In this document: positions 32,934 through 42,267 of the stretch, one piece after another
How the letters are laid out: every line of letters starts with the position of its first letter
Position numbering within the stretch: position 1 is the first letter of the stretch
DNA from: Betaproteobacteria bacterium
GTDB taxonomy: Bacteria; Pseudomonadota; Gammaproteobacteria; Burkholderiales; CAIKXV01
Length of the DNA stretch: 64,000 bases
Reading direction: 5' to 3'
NCBI GenBank assembly: GCA_021298815.1
Contig: JAJTHE010000006.1
Span: 1,780-65,779, forward strand
The notes under the pieces: model-generated
What the model saw: only the letters and a program-made list of their open reading frames with translations
The model's database searches: none
What the model was told of the DNA's origin: nothing
Program-made: the position numbers and the translations under genes

Positions 32934-33677
32934 TCAGCCGCGCAGCCAATCGCCGAGGATCGACAACTGATCGAAATAGGTCAAGTCCATCTGCAGCGGC
33001 GTCACGGACACGCCGCCGTGCTCGACCGTGTGGAAGTCCGTCCCCTCGCCCGCATCCTGCGCAGCGCCGGCCGCGCCGACCCAGTAGACCGTCTCGCCGC
33101 GCGGGTTCTGCGTCGGGATGGCGGGCTGTGCCTTGTGCCGCTTGCCCAGGCGGGTGACCCGCACCGGGCCGAGCGCTGCGTAGGGGAGATCGGGGACGTT
33201 CACGTTCAGCAGCATCGCGGTGGCCGGTGGCGTGCGCATGACCCGCTCGACCAGTTCTGCCGCGACCCGTGCCGCGCTCTCGTAATGGCCTTTCGACTGG
33301 CTTACCATGGACACGGCGATCGAGGGCAACCCGAGCAGGAAGCCCTCGGTCGCGGCCGCCACCGTCCCGGAGTAGATGGTGTCGTCGCCCATGTTCGCGC
33401 CATGGTTCACTCCGGACACCACGATGTCCGGCAGGTCGTCGAGCAGCCCGGTGACCGCAAGGTGGACGCAGTCGGTCGGCGTACCGTCGACATAGAGGAA
33501 CCCGGTATGGGACCGGCGCACCCGCAAAGGGCGGTCGAGGGTGAGCGAATTGCTCGCACCGCTGCGATCGCGTTCGGGCGCCACCACGGTGACCTCACCG
33601 ATCGTGCGCATGGCCTCTGCGAGTGCCGCCAGGCCGGGGGCGAAATAGCCGTCGTCGTTGCTGAGCAGGATGCGCAT
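32934..33677 (-). CDS. surE: 5'/3'-nucleotidase SurE
   Basis: [31 protein letters not shown]. Confidence 0.95.
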   Translation of the reverse strand: MRILLSNDDGYFAPGLAALAEAMRTIGEVTVVAPERDRSGASNSLTLDRPLRVRRSHTGFLYVDGTPTDCVHLAVTGLLDDLPDIVVSGVNHGANMGDDTIYSGTVAAATEGFLLGLPSIAVSMVSQSKGHYESAARVAAELVERVMRTPPATAMLLNVNVPDLPYAALGPVRVTRLGKRHKAQPAIPTQNPRGETVYWVGAAGAAQDAGEGTDFHTVEHGGVSVTPLQMDLTYFDQLSILGDWLRG

Positions 33678-33748
33678 GGCGCTCACGGAATGTTTCCCGA
33701 TTATAACCGGGCCGAAGGCGACTGCCGCCGCCCGGGGAAACGCGCGGT

Positions 33749-35236
33749 TCAGGGCCAGCGCGTGATGGCGAAGCCGATGCGCAGTTGCGCTGGGAACCGG
33801 CGGTCGTAGTCGAGGATGCTCTCGCCGTAGCCGTTGAAGTACTGGAAGTAGATGTAGCCGTCGAGGTTGCCCAACGACACAGTGCGCAGCGGATAGGAAG
33901 CCTCGACCAGCGTCGAGCCGAAGTGCTTGCCGGTGCCGCGGCGCAGGGTGGAAGAGAACTGCCAGCGGTCGGGATGGCCGATGCTCGCGAACAGGTCGGC
34001 GTGCCCGCGGTAGCGGGCGATGTCGGCATTGCCGTCGCGGTCGAGATAACCGTGCAGGCGCGGCCCCAGCGTGAGTTGCCAGCCTGCGGGGTCGCCCAGG
34101 CGGGCCATCGGCCGCACGAACGCCGTGTTGATGCTGCGGGAAGAGGGTCCGTCACGACCATTGGACTCGTGCTCGACGCCGGCAGCCAGGCCGAGGCGCA
34201 TGCCCCTGGCCGCTGATGTCCAGAGGGCATCGTTCCGATAGAACAGGCTCGGCCGGTAACTCGAGTCGCGAAACGGCGCCGAATCGGATTCGAGGTCCCA
34301 CAGCGCAGTCTGCGTGTACCCGAAGTAGACATGGCGCAGCGGCGCGAGGTCGCGCGCGAGGTCGCCGCCCTCGTTGAAGAGGCGGTACTTGAAGGAGATC
34401 TGGAAGCGGGCATTGCGCCGCTCGCGATCGCCGAACGCGATGTAGACGGGTTCATGCGCCGAGATCGCGCTGCCCAGGCGGTCGGTCTGCGATACCCGGG
34501 CGCCGGCAGGAGAATCGCCCGGCCTCGCCGCTTCGAGCGCCGCTGCGGCGGGGGACTGCGCGGTGGCAGCAGCGGTGGCAACGTCGGCAGCGTCCCCCGG
34601 GCCTGCCGGCCGGTCGGCGAACGCGACCAGCGCCCGCCCTCCCGCCGACGTACGGAACACGGTGGCACCGGCCACCGCGGGCGGCAGTTCCAGGCGATAG
34701 CGGACCCGCCGGAACTGTCCCGGTGCCACCGTCACCACACCGACGACTGGCGCGCCGGCCTCCACGGGCATCCGCGCCTGCAGCCGGTAGGTGCGGCCGG
34801 CGGACTCGACCGCCACCTCGATCGTGGCCGGTACCTCGACCGCTTGCCCGGCGCCACCTTCGTTGAGCAGCGTCCACACCAGCTGCACGCTGCGATGCAT
34901 GGCATCGTCCACCGACTCCACGGACAGCGTGCCCGACGGCAGGCCGGACCGGATGGCCGATGCCGACGCGGCCCCTGCAGAAGGCAACACGGCCCCGGCG
35001 CCACCCATCAGGGCCGCTGCATCCACGCGCCCCGGGCCTGCGGCCAACAGCAGCAGCAGCAGCAGGCAGCCCACGGTCCCGGCTCCGGCATGCCGTGCGC
35101 TGCGACCGACGCCATGTGGCACGGGGCAGGACGACGGGGACGCCTGCGGCACCGATGCCTTCGGCACGGATGCGTGCGCGGCAGGTGCCGTGGATCGGGT
35201 CCGCGCGGGAGGTGGGGGACGCACGGGATGGAACAC
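33749..35236 (-). CDS. pldA: Outer-membrane phospholipase A with an N-terminal extension; start uncertain
   Basis: FQISFK, FGYTQ...[10 protein letters not shown], catalytic [17 protein letters not shown]. Confidence 0.8.
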   Translation of the reverse strand: MFHPVRPPPPARTRSTAPAAHASVPKASVPQASPSSCPVPHGVGRSARHAGAGTVGCLLLLLLLAAGPGRVDAAALMGGAGAVLPSAGAASASAIRSGLPSGTLSVESVDDAMHRSVQLVWTLLNEGGAGQAVEVPATIEVAVESAGRTYRLQARMPVEAGAPVVGVVTVAPGQFRRVRYRLELPPAVAGATVFRTSAGGRALVAFADRPAGPGDAADVATAAATAQSPAAAALEAARPGDSPAGARVSQTDRLGSAISAHEPVYIAFGDRERRNARFQISFKYRLFNEGGDLARDLAPLRHVYFGYTQTALWDLESDSAPFRDSSYRPSLFYRNDALWTSAARGMRLGLAAGVEHESNGRDGPSSRSINTAFVRPMARLGDPAGWQLTLGPRLHGYLDRDGNADIARYRGHADLFASIGHPDRWQFSSTLRRGTGKHFGSTLVEASYPLRTVSLGNLDGYIYFQYFNGYGESILDYDRRFPAQLRIGFAITRWP

Positions 35237-35345
35237 CGTCCGATGCTACGATAACCGGAGGCGGTGCACTGCATCCGCATGCACTGCACCATGCCCGGCC
35301 CCGCCCGGCCCTGTCGTCCTTCCCGTCCTTCCGGAAAGTCACCCC

Positions 35346-36026
35346 ATGTCGATCGGCTTCTGCATCCATCCCCGCCCCGCCCGTCCTTCGCGCGCGCTGG
35401 TCTCCAGGTTCAAGGGCGTCGTCTGTGCCCACCTGTCCGACAATATGTCGCGCCTCGCAGGCAGCGACGCTGCGCTGCGGCCATGGCACCGGAAGGGCCA
35501 GTTGCTGGGTGTCGCACTGACGGTCCGGGTACCGGCGGGCGACAATCTGATGGTTCACAAGGCGATCGACATCGCCCAACCCGGGGACGTGATCGTCGTG
35601 GACGCGGGCGGTGCCACCGCGCAGGCGATCATCGGCGAGATCATGTCGTCGATGGCGGCCGCACGTGGCGCGGTCGGCATGGTGATCGACGGTGCGATCC
35701 GCGACGCAGGTGCGCTCGCCGCCGGCACCTTCCCGGTGTACGCGCGCGCGGCGACCCATCGCGGCCCCTACAAGAACGGACCTGGCGAGATCCACGTCCC
35801 CGTGTCGATCGGCGGCATGATCGTGTATCCGAACGACATCATCGTCGGCGACGAGGATGGATTGGTGGCCGTACGCCCCGACGAGGCACCTGCCCTGCTC
35901 GCCGCCGCGCGTGCCTGGTGCGACAAGGAAGACAAGGTGCTGAAGGCCATCCGCGGCCGCAAGCCGATCGATCGCAAGTGGGTCGACGAGGCACTGCGCA
36001 GCAAGGGTTGCGGCGGCGTCGACTGA
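35346..36026 (+). CDS. RraA-family/HMG aldolase-like protein
   Basis: HLSDNM, GDNLMVH, GDVIVVD, IDGAIRD, GDEDG. Confidence 0.88.
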   Translation: MSIGFCIHPRPARPSRALVSRFKGVVCAHLSDNMSRLAGSDAALRPWHRKGQLLGVALTVRVPAGDNLMVHKAIDIAQPGDVIVVDAGGATAQAIIGEIMSSMAAARGAVGMVIDGAIRDAGALAAGTFPVYARAATHRGPYKNGPGEIHVPVSIGGMIVYPNDIIVGDEDGLVAVRPDEAPALLAAARAWCDKEDKVLKAIRGRKPIDRKWVDEALRSKGCGGVD

Positions 36027-36039
36027 AACCTGCCTGAAA

Positions 36040-36063
36040 CATTGCGGTAATCAGACCGCAATG
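36040..36063. repeat. Perfect 9-bp inverted repeat (operator or hairpin)
   Basis: CATTGCGGT-AATCAG-ACCGCAATG in the intergenic gap. Confidence 0.7.
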
Positions 36064-36139
36064 CCCGCGGGCCACACTCGGGTGATGAAGCTGGCGTGTG
36101 CAGCGCCGGCCGCGACTTTCCTGCCTTCGAGAGGACCCG

Positions 36140-37072
36140 ATGACCGTTCGCCCGCTGATTGCCCTGATGCTGTTGACTGCCGCGCCGCTGGCGCAGGCTG
36201 CCGTCGCCTCGCTCGACCTCTCCACCTACACGCTGACCCGCACGATGTCGATCGGCGCGAGCATGCTGCCCAACGGCTCGGAAAGCTCGGCGATCACCTA
36301 CAACCGCGACACCGGCACGCTGTTCGTGATCGACGACGAGGGCGTGGCGATCTCGCAGTTCACCCGCCAGGGTGCGTTCGTGAACCGGATGACCCTGTCC
36401 GGTTTCGGCACCGCGTCAACCGGGGATCCGGAGGGCCTGACCTACATCGGCTCGAATCAGTTCGTGATCGCGGCCGAGCGCGCGCTCACGCTCTACAGGG
36501 TGACCTACGATCCGCTGACCACGCCGGTCCGCACCGCGCTGCCCAACGCCGTGCTCGCCACGCCGCCGGTCGGCAACGTCGGCATCGAGGGCGTGTCTTA
36601 CGATCCGCGCGACGGCAGTTTCGTCACCGTGAAGGAGAAGACGCCCGGACAGGTCAACCGCAACATAGTGACCTTCGGCACGCCGGGCAGCAACGTGCTC
36701 ACTTCCCTGTTCGATCCGCTCCTGCCCAGCACGCTGAACGCCATCGATGTGGCCGATGTCCAGGTCCTCGCGACGGTGGCCACGCCCGGGGGCGCACTGG
36801 CCGACCAACTCCTGATCTTCAGCCAGGAGTCGCGCAAGCTCTTCCACACCACGCGTACCGGTCAGGTCCTCGGCATGTTCGACTTCTCGCTGATCTCGGC
36901 CAGCGCTGAAGGGGTGACCATCGACGAGAACGGCGTCATCTACATCACCGACGAGACGCCCAACATCTACGTGCTTGAGCCAGGCACGGCGGTAGTGCCG
37001 GTCCCCGCCGCCTGGGCGCTGATGGCTTCCGGCCTGGTCCTGCTCGGCGCGATGCGTCGTCGCCGCAGCTGA
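36140..37072 (+). CDS. SdiA-regulated (YjiK-like) beta-propeller protein with a VPLPA/PEP-CTERM sorting signal
   Basis: Signal peptide; repeated SAITY/EGLTY/EGVSY/EGVTID blades; C-terminus VPVPAAWALMASGLVLLGAMRRRRS. Confidence 0.82.
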   Translation: MTVRPLIALMLLTAAPLAQAAVASLDLSTYTLTRTMSIGASMLPNGSESSAITYNRDTGTLFVIDDEGVAISQFTRQGAFVNRMTLSGFGTASTGDPEGLTYIGSNQFVIAAERALTLYRVTYDPLTTPVRTALPNAVLATPPVGNVGIEGVSYDPRDGSFVTVKEKTPGQVNRNIVTFGTPGSNVLTSLFDPLLPSTLNAIDVADVQVLATVATPGGALADQLLIFSQESRKLFHTTRTGQVLGMFDFSLISASAEGVTIDENGVIYITDETPNIYVLEPGTAVVPVPAAWALMASGLVLLGAMRRRRS

Positions 37073-37179
37073 ACGCGGCCCTTCAGCCTGGCGGAGTCGG
37101 CGCAGCACCCGCCGATTGCGCCGGCGCTTCAAGGCGGGTGATGCCGTCCTCGCCCCGGGCACTGTCCGGGACGCGTTGA

Positions 37180-37821
37180 TCAGGGCGCCAGTCGCTCCAG
37201 GTACCAACCGCCACCCGCCTCCAGCGCGCGCACGTACCTGACCCGGTCGTGCAGGCGGCTGGAACGGCCCTGCCAGAACTCGAACGCTTCCGGGATAAGG
37301 CGATATCCGCCCCAGTGCGGCGGGCGCTTCGGCTGGTCTCCAAGTTGCGCGGCCGCTTCTGCATAGCGCTGCTCCAGCAGCGCCCGGTCCGCGATCACTT
37401 CGCTCTGCGGCGAGGCCCAGGCACCGATCCGGCTACCCAGCGGTCGCTGCACGTAGTAGGCGTCGGACTCGGCCTGCGGCACCTGCTCGATGCGCCCTTC
37501 GATGCGCACCTGGCGCTCGAGTTCGACCCAGTGGAACAGGAGCGCCGCCTTCGGGTTCGCCGCCAGTTCGCGGCCCTTGCGGCTGAGGTAGTTGGTGTAG
37601 AGCGTGAGGCCGGAAGCATCGAACCCCTTCAGCAGCACGATGCGCGCGGACGGCTGGCCGGACGCGTCCACCGTCGCCAGCGTCATGGCGGTGGGTTCCG
37701 GCACTTCGGCATCGATCGACTGCTGGAGCCAGTGCCCGAACTGCCGGAGCGGGTCGGGCTCGACATCGGCAACATCGAGGCTGGCTTTCGTGTAGTCCTT
37801 GCGCAGGTTCGCAATATCCAT
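37180..37821 (-). CDS. pdxH: Pyridoxine/pyridoxamine 5'-phosphate oxidase
   Basis: [41 protein letters not shown]. Confidence 0.95.
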   Translation of the reverse strand: MDIANLRKDYTKASLDVADVEPDPLRQFGHWLQQSIDAEVPEPTAMTLATVDASGQPSARIVLLKGFDASGLTLYTNYLSRKGRELAANPKAALLFHWVELERQVRIEGRIEQVPQAESDAYYVQRPLGSRIGAWASPQSEVIADRALLEQRYAEAAAQLGDQPKRPPHWGGYRLIPEAFEFWQGRSSRLHDRVRYVRALEAGGGWYLERLAP

Positions 37822-37909
37822 GGATTCGAAGATACCGCAGCGCGCCGTGCGGAGCGAGCCGGATGCTGCTGCACGGGGGAAGGCACATCGCCACTTCGGG
37901 TCGTGCTGC

Positions 37910-37986
37910 TGGTCAGGGAGACAGGATTCGAACCTGCGACCTCGTGCGCCCAAGGCACGCGCTCTACCAGGCTGAGCTACACCCTG
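37910..37986 (-). tRNA. tRNA-Pro (anticodon TGG)
   Basis: CAGGGTGTAGCTCAGCCTGGTAGAGCG-CGTGC-CT TGG GC-GCACG-AGGTC-GCAGG TTCGAAT CCTGT-CTCCCTG-A-CCA cloverleaf. Confidence 0.95.
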
Positions 37987-38055
37987 ACTGGAAGTCCCGA
38001 GTGTAATCAATATTCGGAAGCCGGGCCGCACCCCGGCCCGGCCGCCTGGCGCGCG

Positions 38056-38454
38056 TCAGTTCATCGCGGACAGGCTGTCGTTCACGCCGCGCACGCCCTC
38101 GATGCCGCGGGCGATCTCCAGGGCCTTCGCGCGTTCTGCGGCGCCCGAGACCTTGCCGCTGAGCGACACCATGCCGTCGCGGGTCTCGACCCCGATCGCC
38201 AGGCCCTTCACCAGCGGGTCGGCCAGCAGCGCGGCCTTGACCTTGCCGGTGACCGCCGTATCGGCGATCGCAGTGCCGGACATCCCCGGGGAGTCCTGGA
38301 CCACCGCGGGTGCGGGGGTGGTGGTCGCCGCAGGCGCTTCGCTGCGCGGCGGCGGGGGCTCATTGCGGCTGCAGCCTGCCAGCGCCAGCAGCGTCACTGC
38401 CCCGGCCATCGCCATCGCGCGTGCGGCGCGCGTCCTGTCTTCGTTCCCGATCAT
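38056..38454 (-). CDS. BON-domain (OsmY-like) lipoprotein
   Basis: Lipobox LAGC; DTAVTGKVKAALL...IGVETRDGMVSLSG...GVRGVNDSL. Confidence 0.88.
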   Translation of the reverse strand: MIGNEDRTRAARAMAMAGAVTLLALAGCSRNEPPPPRSEAPAATTTPAPAVVQDSPGMSGTAIADTAVTGKVKAALLADPLVKGLAIGVETRDGMVSLSGKVSGAAERAKALEIARGIEGVRGVNDSLSAMN

Positions 38455-38507
38455 CTCGTGCTCTCCTTGCCATTCACCTGCAGCCGGGCACGACTGCAGT
38501 GCATTGC

Positions 38508-38708
38508 CTAGCGCTGGGTGGATTCCCACGCGCTTACCTGCCGCTCCGCCTCGTCCCTGGCGATGCCGTAGTTCTCCTGGATATGCCCGACCAGCTGGTC
38601 GCGCTTGCCCGCGATCTGGTCCACGTGGTCGTCGGTCAGCTTGCCCCACTGCTGCTTGACGTTGCCCTTGAGCTGCTTCCAGTTGCCTTCGATGCGATCC
38701 CAGTTCAT
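38508..38708 (-). CDS. csbD: CsbD/YjbJ family general stress protein
   Basis: MNWDRIEGNWKQLKGNVKQQWGKLTDD...QENYG. Confidence 0.93.
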   Translation of the reverse strand: MNWDRIEGNWKQLKGNVKQQWGKLTDDHVDQIAGKRDQLVGHIQENYGIARDEAERQVSAWESTQR

Positions 38709-38754
38709 GTCGCTGCTCCATGGTGGACAGCCGGATCGGCTGCCTGCCCGGGTT

Positions 38755-38770
38755 CGCAAGCGGCATGCCC
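38755..38770 (-). promoter_or_regulatory. Sigma54 -24/-12 promoter for csbD-BON
   Basis: GGGCATGCCGCTTGCG (GG-N10-GC), about 46 bp upstream of the ATG. Confidence 0.72.
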
Positions 38771-38836
38771 ACGGCGTGCGTGGTCAAGCGCCGGGTGCGC
38801 AGCCGGGTACGGCCCACGCCACCACTCGGCCCGGGG

Positions 38837-39229
38837 TCAGGACCGCGCCAGCAGTTCCAGCACCGCGGCCGGGTCGACCGGCTTCACCAGATAGTGGTCG
38901 AATCCCGACGCCGCCGCCCGTCCGACGTCGTCGGCATGCCCGTAGCCGGTGATCGCGACCAGCAGCGGCACGCACGCGAGCCGGCGCACGGCCTTCGCGA
39001 CCTGATACCCGTTCATCCCGGGCAGGCCGATGTCGCACAGTACGACGTCCGGGCCGACCGCTTCGATCAGCGCCAGCCCCGTGACCCCGTCGTAGGCCAC
39101 GTGCACGACATGCCCCTCGAGCTCGAGCAGCATGGAAAGCGCCTCGACCGAGTCGACGCTGTCGTCGATCAGCACGACCCTGCGGCCGATGGCGGCAGGG
39201 GCTTCCGGGGGACGGTCTGGATCGTGCAA
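38837..39229 (-). CDS. Single-domain response regulator (receiver); start uncertain (TTG)
   Basis: VVLIDD, PDVVLCDIGLPGMNG, AITGY, YLVKP. Confidence 0.82.
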   Translation of the reverse strand: MHDPDRPPEAPAAIGRRVVLIDDSVDSVEALSMLLELEGHVVHVAYDGVTGLALIEAVGPDVVLCDIGLPGMNGYQVAKAVRRLACVPLLVAITGYGHADDVGRAAASGFDHYLVKPVDPAAVLELLARS

Positions 39230-39471
39230 GGTCGTTCGCGTGGGTGGCCTGACCTGGATGAGCAGGAAGCGGGCCCGGACGCGAGACGGTACGTGCAGGG
39301 CGTGCACGGCGCAAGCCGCGGGCATGCGGAATGCGTCCTGCAGCGTCGCATCGCCCGGTGCACTGCGCGCGAGCCAGTGCCCGGCATGCACCCGGTTTCC
39401 CCGGCAGCGTGCCCCCGCGCTGCATTCCGCCCGTGCCCGCCACGGGTGTTTTTCGCTTGGTCGCCAGGCCC

Positions 39472-39486
39472 ATAGCAGACGACTAT
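39472..39486. promoter_or_regulatory. OxyR/LysR-type operator
   Basis: ATAG-N7-CTAT about 70 bp upstream of oxyR. Confidence 0.55.
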
Positions 39487-39554
39487 CCAGGTTTCGCCCT
39501 CGATCGTTTTTTAATATGCTCGGGGCTCCATACGCCTGGATGCAACTGCTGCCG

Positions 39555-40481
39555 ATGACCCTCACCGAACTGCGCTACATCGTCGCCCTGGCACGCGAAC
39601 GCCACTTTGCCCGGGCCGCCGCGGCCTGCTTCGTGTCGCAACCCACGCTGAGCGTGGCCGTGAAGCGGCTGGAGGACGAACTGGGGCTGCCCCTGTTCGA
39701 GCGCGGCACCGGCGACGTGACGACCACGCCGATCGGCGAACAGATCATCGCCCAGGCACAGCGGGTGCTGGAGCAGGCCACGGTCATCCATGAACTGGCA
39801 CGCTCGGGCAAGGATCCGCTTTCCGGCCCCCTGCGCCTTGCGGCCATCCACACGATCGCGCCCTACCTGCTTCCCCTGCTCGTGCGCGTGCTGGTTAAGC
39901 GCGCGCCACGCATGCCGCTGATCCTCGAGGAAGGCTACACCCACGAACTGCTCGAGCGACTGCGCCGCGGCGAGATAGACGCCGCCGTCCTGGCGCTGCC
40001 GGTGCCCGAGTCCGGACTCGCGCAGCGCGACCTCTACGAGGAGCCCTTCCAGGTCGCCATCCCCGCGCAGCATGCCTGGGCGAAACTGCGGCGCATCGAA
40101 GCCGGCCGGCTGAAGGAGGAAACGATGCTGCTGCTGGGCGCTGGCCACTGCCTGCGCGACCAGGTCCTCGCAGTGTGTCCCGAGGCCGCGCGCTTCTCCA
40201 GCAGCGCCGAGGGCATACGCCGCACCTTCGAGGGGACGTCGCTCGAGACCATCCGCCAGATGGTGGCATCGGGTCTCGGCATAACGGTGATCCCGTCGAG
40301 CGCGATCCCGGCACAGGTCCGGCGCGACGATCTGATCGTCTACCGACCGTTCAACGCACCCGCGCCCACGCGGCGCGTGGCGATCGTCTGCCGGCGCACC
40401 TACGCCCGGATGGCTGCCATCGATGCGGTCGCCGACGCCGTGCGCGAGACCGCCCTGCCCGGGGTCGGGATGCTGGACTGA
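39555..40481 (+). CDS. oxyR: H2O2-sensing LysR regulator OxyR
   Basis: MTLTELRYIVALARERHF...VSQPTLS; GHCLRDQVLAVC redox Cys pair; SLETIRQMVASG. Confidence 0.9.
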   Translation: MTLTELRYIVALARERHFARAAAACFVSQPTLSVAVKRLEDELGLPLFERGTGDVTTTPIGEQIIAQAQRVLEQATVIHELARSGKDPLSGPLRLAAIHTIAPYLLPLLVRVLVKRAPRMPLILEEGYTHELLERLRRGEIDAAVLALPVPESGLAQRDLYEEPFQVAIPAQHAWAKLRRIEAGRLKEETMLLLGAGHCLRDQVLAVCPEAARFSSSAEGIRRTFEGTSLETIRQMVASGLGITVIPSSAIPAQVRRDDLIVYRPFNAPAPTRRVAIVCRRTYARMAAIDAVADAVRETALPGVGMLD

Positions 40482-40490
40482 CCCCGGGAA

Positions 40491-41723
40491 TCAGTGCAGC
40501 AGCCGGCAGCGGATCGTTCCGGGGATGGCCTGAAGCTCCTCCAGTGCGACGTTGCTAGCCGCGATCTCGACGTCCATCACGCAATAGCCGATGGTCGGCG
40601 TGGTCTGCAGGTACTGCCCGGTGATGTTTACCCCGCGCGCGCCGAACCGCTCGTTGATGCGCGCCAGCACCCCCGGAACGTTCCGATGGATGTGCAGCAG
40701 CCGGCACATGCCCGGATGCTCCGGCAGCGTGACCTCGGGGAAGTTGACCGCGGTCAGCGTGGAACCGTTGTCGCTGTAGCGCACCAGCTTGTCGGTCACC
40801 TCGATACCGATGTTCGCCTGCGCCTCGGCTGTCGAGCCGCCGATGTGCGGGGTCAGGATGACGTTGTCGAAGCGGGTGAGCGGCGACACGAAGCGGTCGT
40901 CGTTGCCCTTCGGCTCGACCGGGAACACGTCGAGCGCGGCGCCGCCGAGGTGGCCGCTGTGGAGCGCCTCGGCCAGCGCGTCGATGTCGACCACCGTTCC
41001 GCGCGATGCGTTGATCAGGTGGCTGCCTCGGCGCAGCGTCGCGAGCTGCGCGGCGCCGATCATGTTCAGCGTCTGCGAGGTCTCGGGCACGTGCAGCGTG
41101 ACCACGTCGCTTTCCGAGAGCAGGCCGTCGAGCGTCGCCACCTGGCGCGCGTTGCCCAGCGGCAGCTTCGCCTCGGTGTCGAAGAAGCAGACCCGCATGC
41201 CCAGGTGCTCGGCCAGGATGCCGACCTGCTTGCCGATATTGCCGTAGCCGACGATGCCCAGCGTCTTGCCACGCACCTCGTAGCTTCCCGCGGCAGACTT
41301 GATCCATTCGCCGCGATGGGCGCCGGCGTTGCGCTTCGGGATGCTGCGCATCAGCATCACGGTTTCGGCGATCACCAGTTCGGCCACGCTGCGCGTGTTC
41401 GAAAACGGCGCGTTGAACACCGGCACCCCGAGCTCGGCCGCGGTGTCGACGTCGACCTGGTTGGTGCCGATGCAGAAGCAGCCGATCGCCGCGAGCTTCG
41501 GGGCGCTGCGCAGCACGCGCTCGGTGACCTGCGTCTGGGATCGGATGCCGAGGAAATGCACCTGGGCCAGCGCCTCGATCAGCGCATCCTCGCCGAGCGA
41601 CTTCGGGTGCTGCACGATGCGACTGTAGCCGTTCGCCGACAGCACCTCGACCGCGTTCGGATGGATGTTCTCCAGCAGAAGGAACTGGATGTTCTTCTTG
41701 TCCAGCGAGACGGGGGTGGTCAT
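40491..41723 (-). CDS. serA: D-3-phosphoglycerate dehydrogenase
   Basis: CFCIGTNQ, APFSNTRSVAE, GIVGYGNIG, TPHIGGST, C-terminal ACT domain. Confidence 0.95.
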   Translation of the reverse strand: MTTPVSLDKKNIQFLLLENIHPNAVEVLSANGYSRIVQHPKSLGEDALIEALAQVHFLGIRSQTQVTERVLRSAPKLAAIGCFCIGTNQVDVDTAAELGVPVFNAPFSNTRSVAELVIAETVMLMRSIPKRNAGAHRGEWIKSAAGSYEVRGKTLGIVGYGNIGKQVGILAEHLGMRVCFFDTEAKLPLGNARQVATLDGLLSESDVVTLHVPETSQTLNMIGAAQLATLRRGSHLINASRGTVVDIDALAEALHSGHLGGAALDVFPVEPKGNDDRFVSPLTRFDNVILTPHIGGSTAEAQANIGIEVTDKLVRYSDNGSTLTAVNFPEVTLPEHPGMCRLLHIHRNVPGVLARINERFGARGVNITGQYLQTTPTIGYCVMDVEIAASNVALEELQAIPGTIRCRLLH

Positions 41724-41854
41724 CGGGTCGCTCCGTGAAACGCGCTTGCTGCGGCGCGGAGCGGGAGTCTACCGCGCCTTCCCGACAGACGGCAGCGCAG
41801 CCGACTGTCCGCAGCACCCCCGCGGACCGGGGCCCGCGGGAGGTGGCCTCGGCG

Positions 41855-42178
41855 TCAGTTCTTGCCGGGACGAACCACGATGTCGTTCTGCACCGAGCGC
41901 ACGCCCGGCACGCCACGCGCGATCTCGCCGGCCCGCTGGCGCTCGGCTGCGCTGGTCGCGAAGCCGCTCAGCTGGACCGTGCCGCGCATCGTTTCCACGC
42001 TCAGGCGCAGCGCGTTGACGCGATCGTCCTCGACGAAGCGCGACTTGACACGGGTGGTGATGGTCGCATCATCGACGTACTCGCCGGCGGTCTGCTGGCC
42101 ACCGAAGACACCGCAACCCGACACGAGGATCGCCAGCATCGCGGCGACGAAGAGCTTGAGCATTTTCGTGTTCATCAT
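41855..42178 (-). CDS. BON-domain lipoprotein
   Basis: Lipobox VSGC; GEYVDDATITTRVK...VETMRGTVQLSGF...GVRSVQND. Confidence 0.9.
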   Translation of the reverse strand: MMNTKMLKLFVAAMLAILVSGCGVFGGQQTAGEYVDDATITTRVKSRFVEDDRVNALRLSVETMRGTVQLSGFATSAAERQRAGEIARGVPGVRSVQNDIVVRPGKN

Positions 42179-42242
42179 TCTTTCTCCCTGGGATTTTCGG
42201 CTGGACTGGCAGCCGCGGCGGAATGCCCGCCGCCGGGGAGTG

Positions 42243-42258
42243 CGCAAGTAGCGTTCCT
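42243..42258 (-). promoter_or_regulatory. Sigma54 promoter for the BON gene
   Basis: AGGAACGCTACTTGCG (GG-N10-GC). Confidence 0.65.
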
Positions 42259-42267
42259 GCCGCGAAT

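Noticed and set aside
38489-38510. Separate sigma54 promoter for the first BON gene
   Set aside because: GG and GC are 9 bp apart rather than 10; the gene is probably co-transcribed with csbD.
41724-41854. Riboswitch upstream of serA
   Set aside because: No recognisable aptamer motif; only a TAGACT -10-like hexamer.
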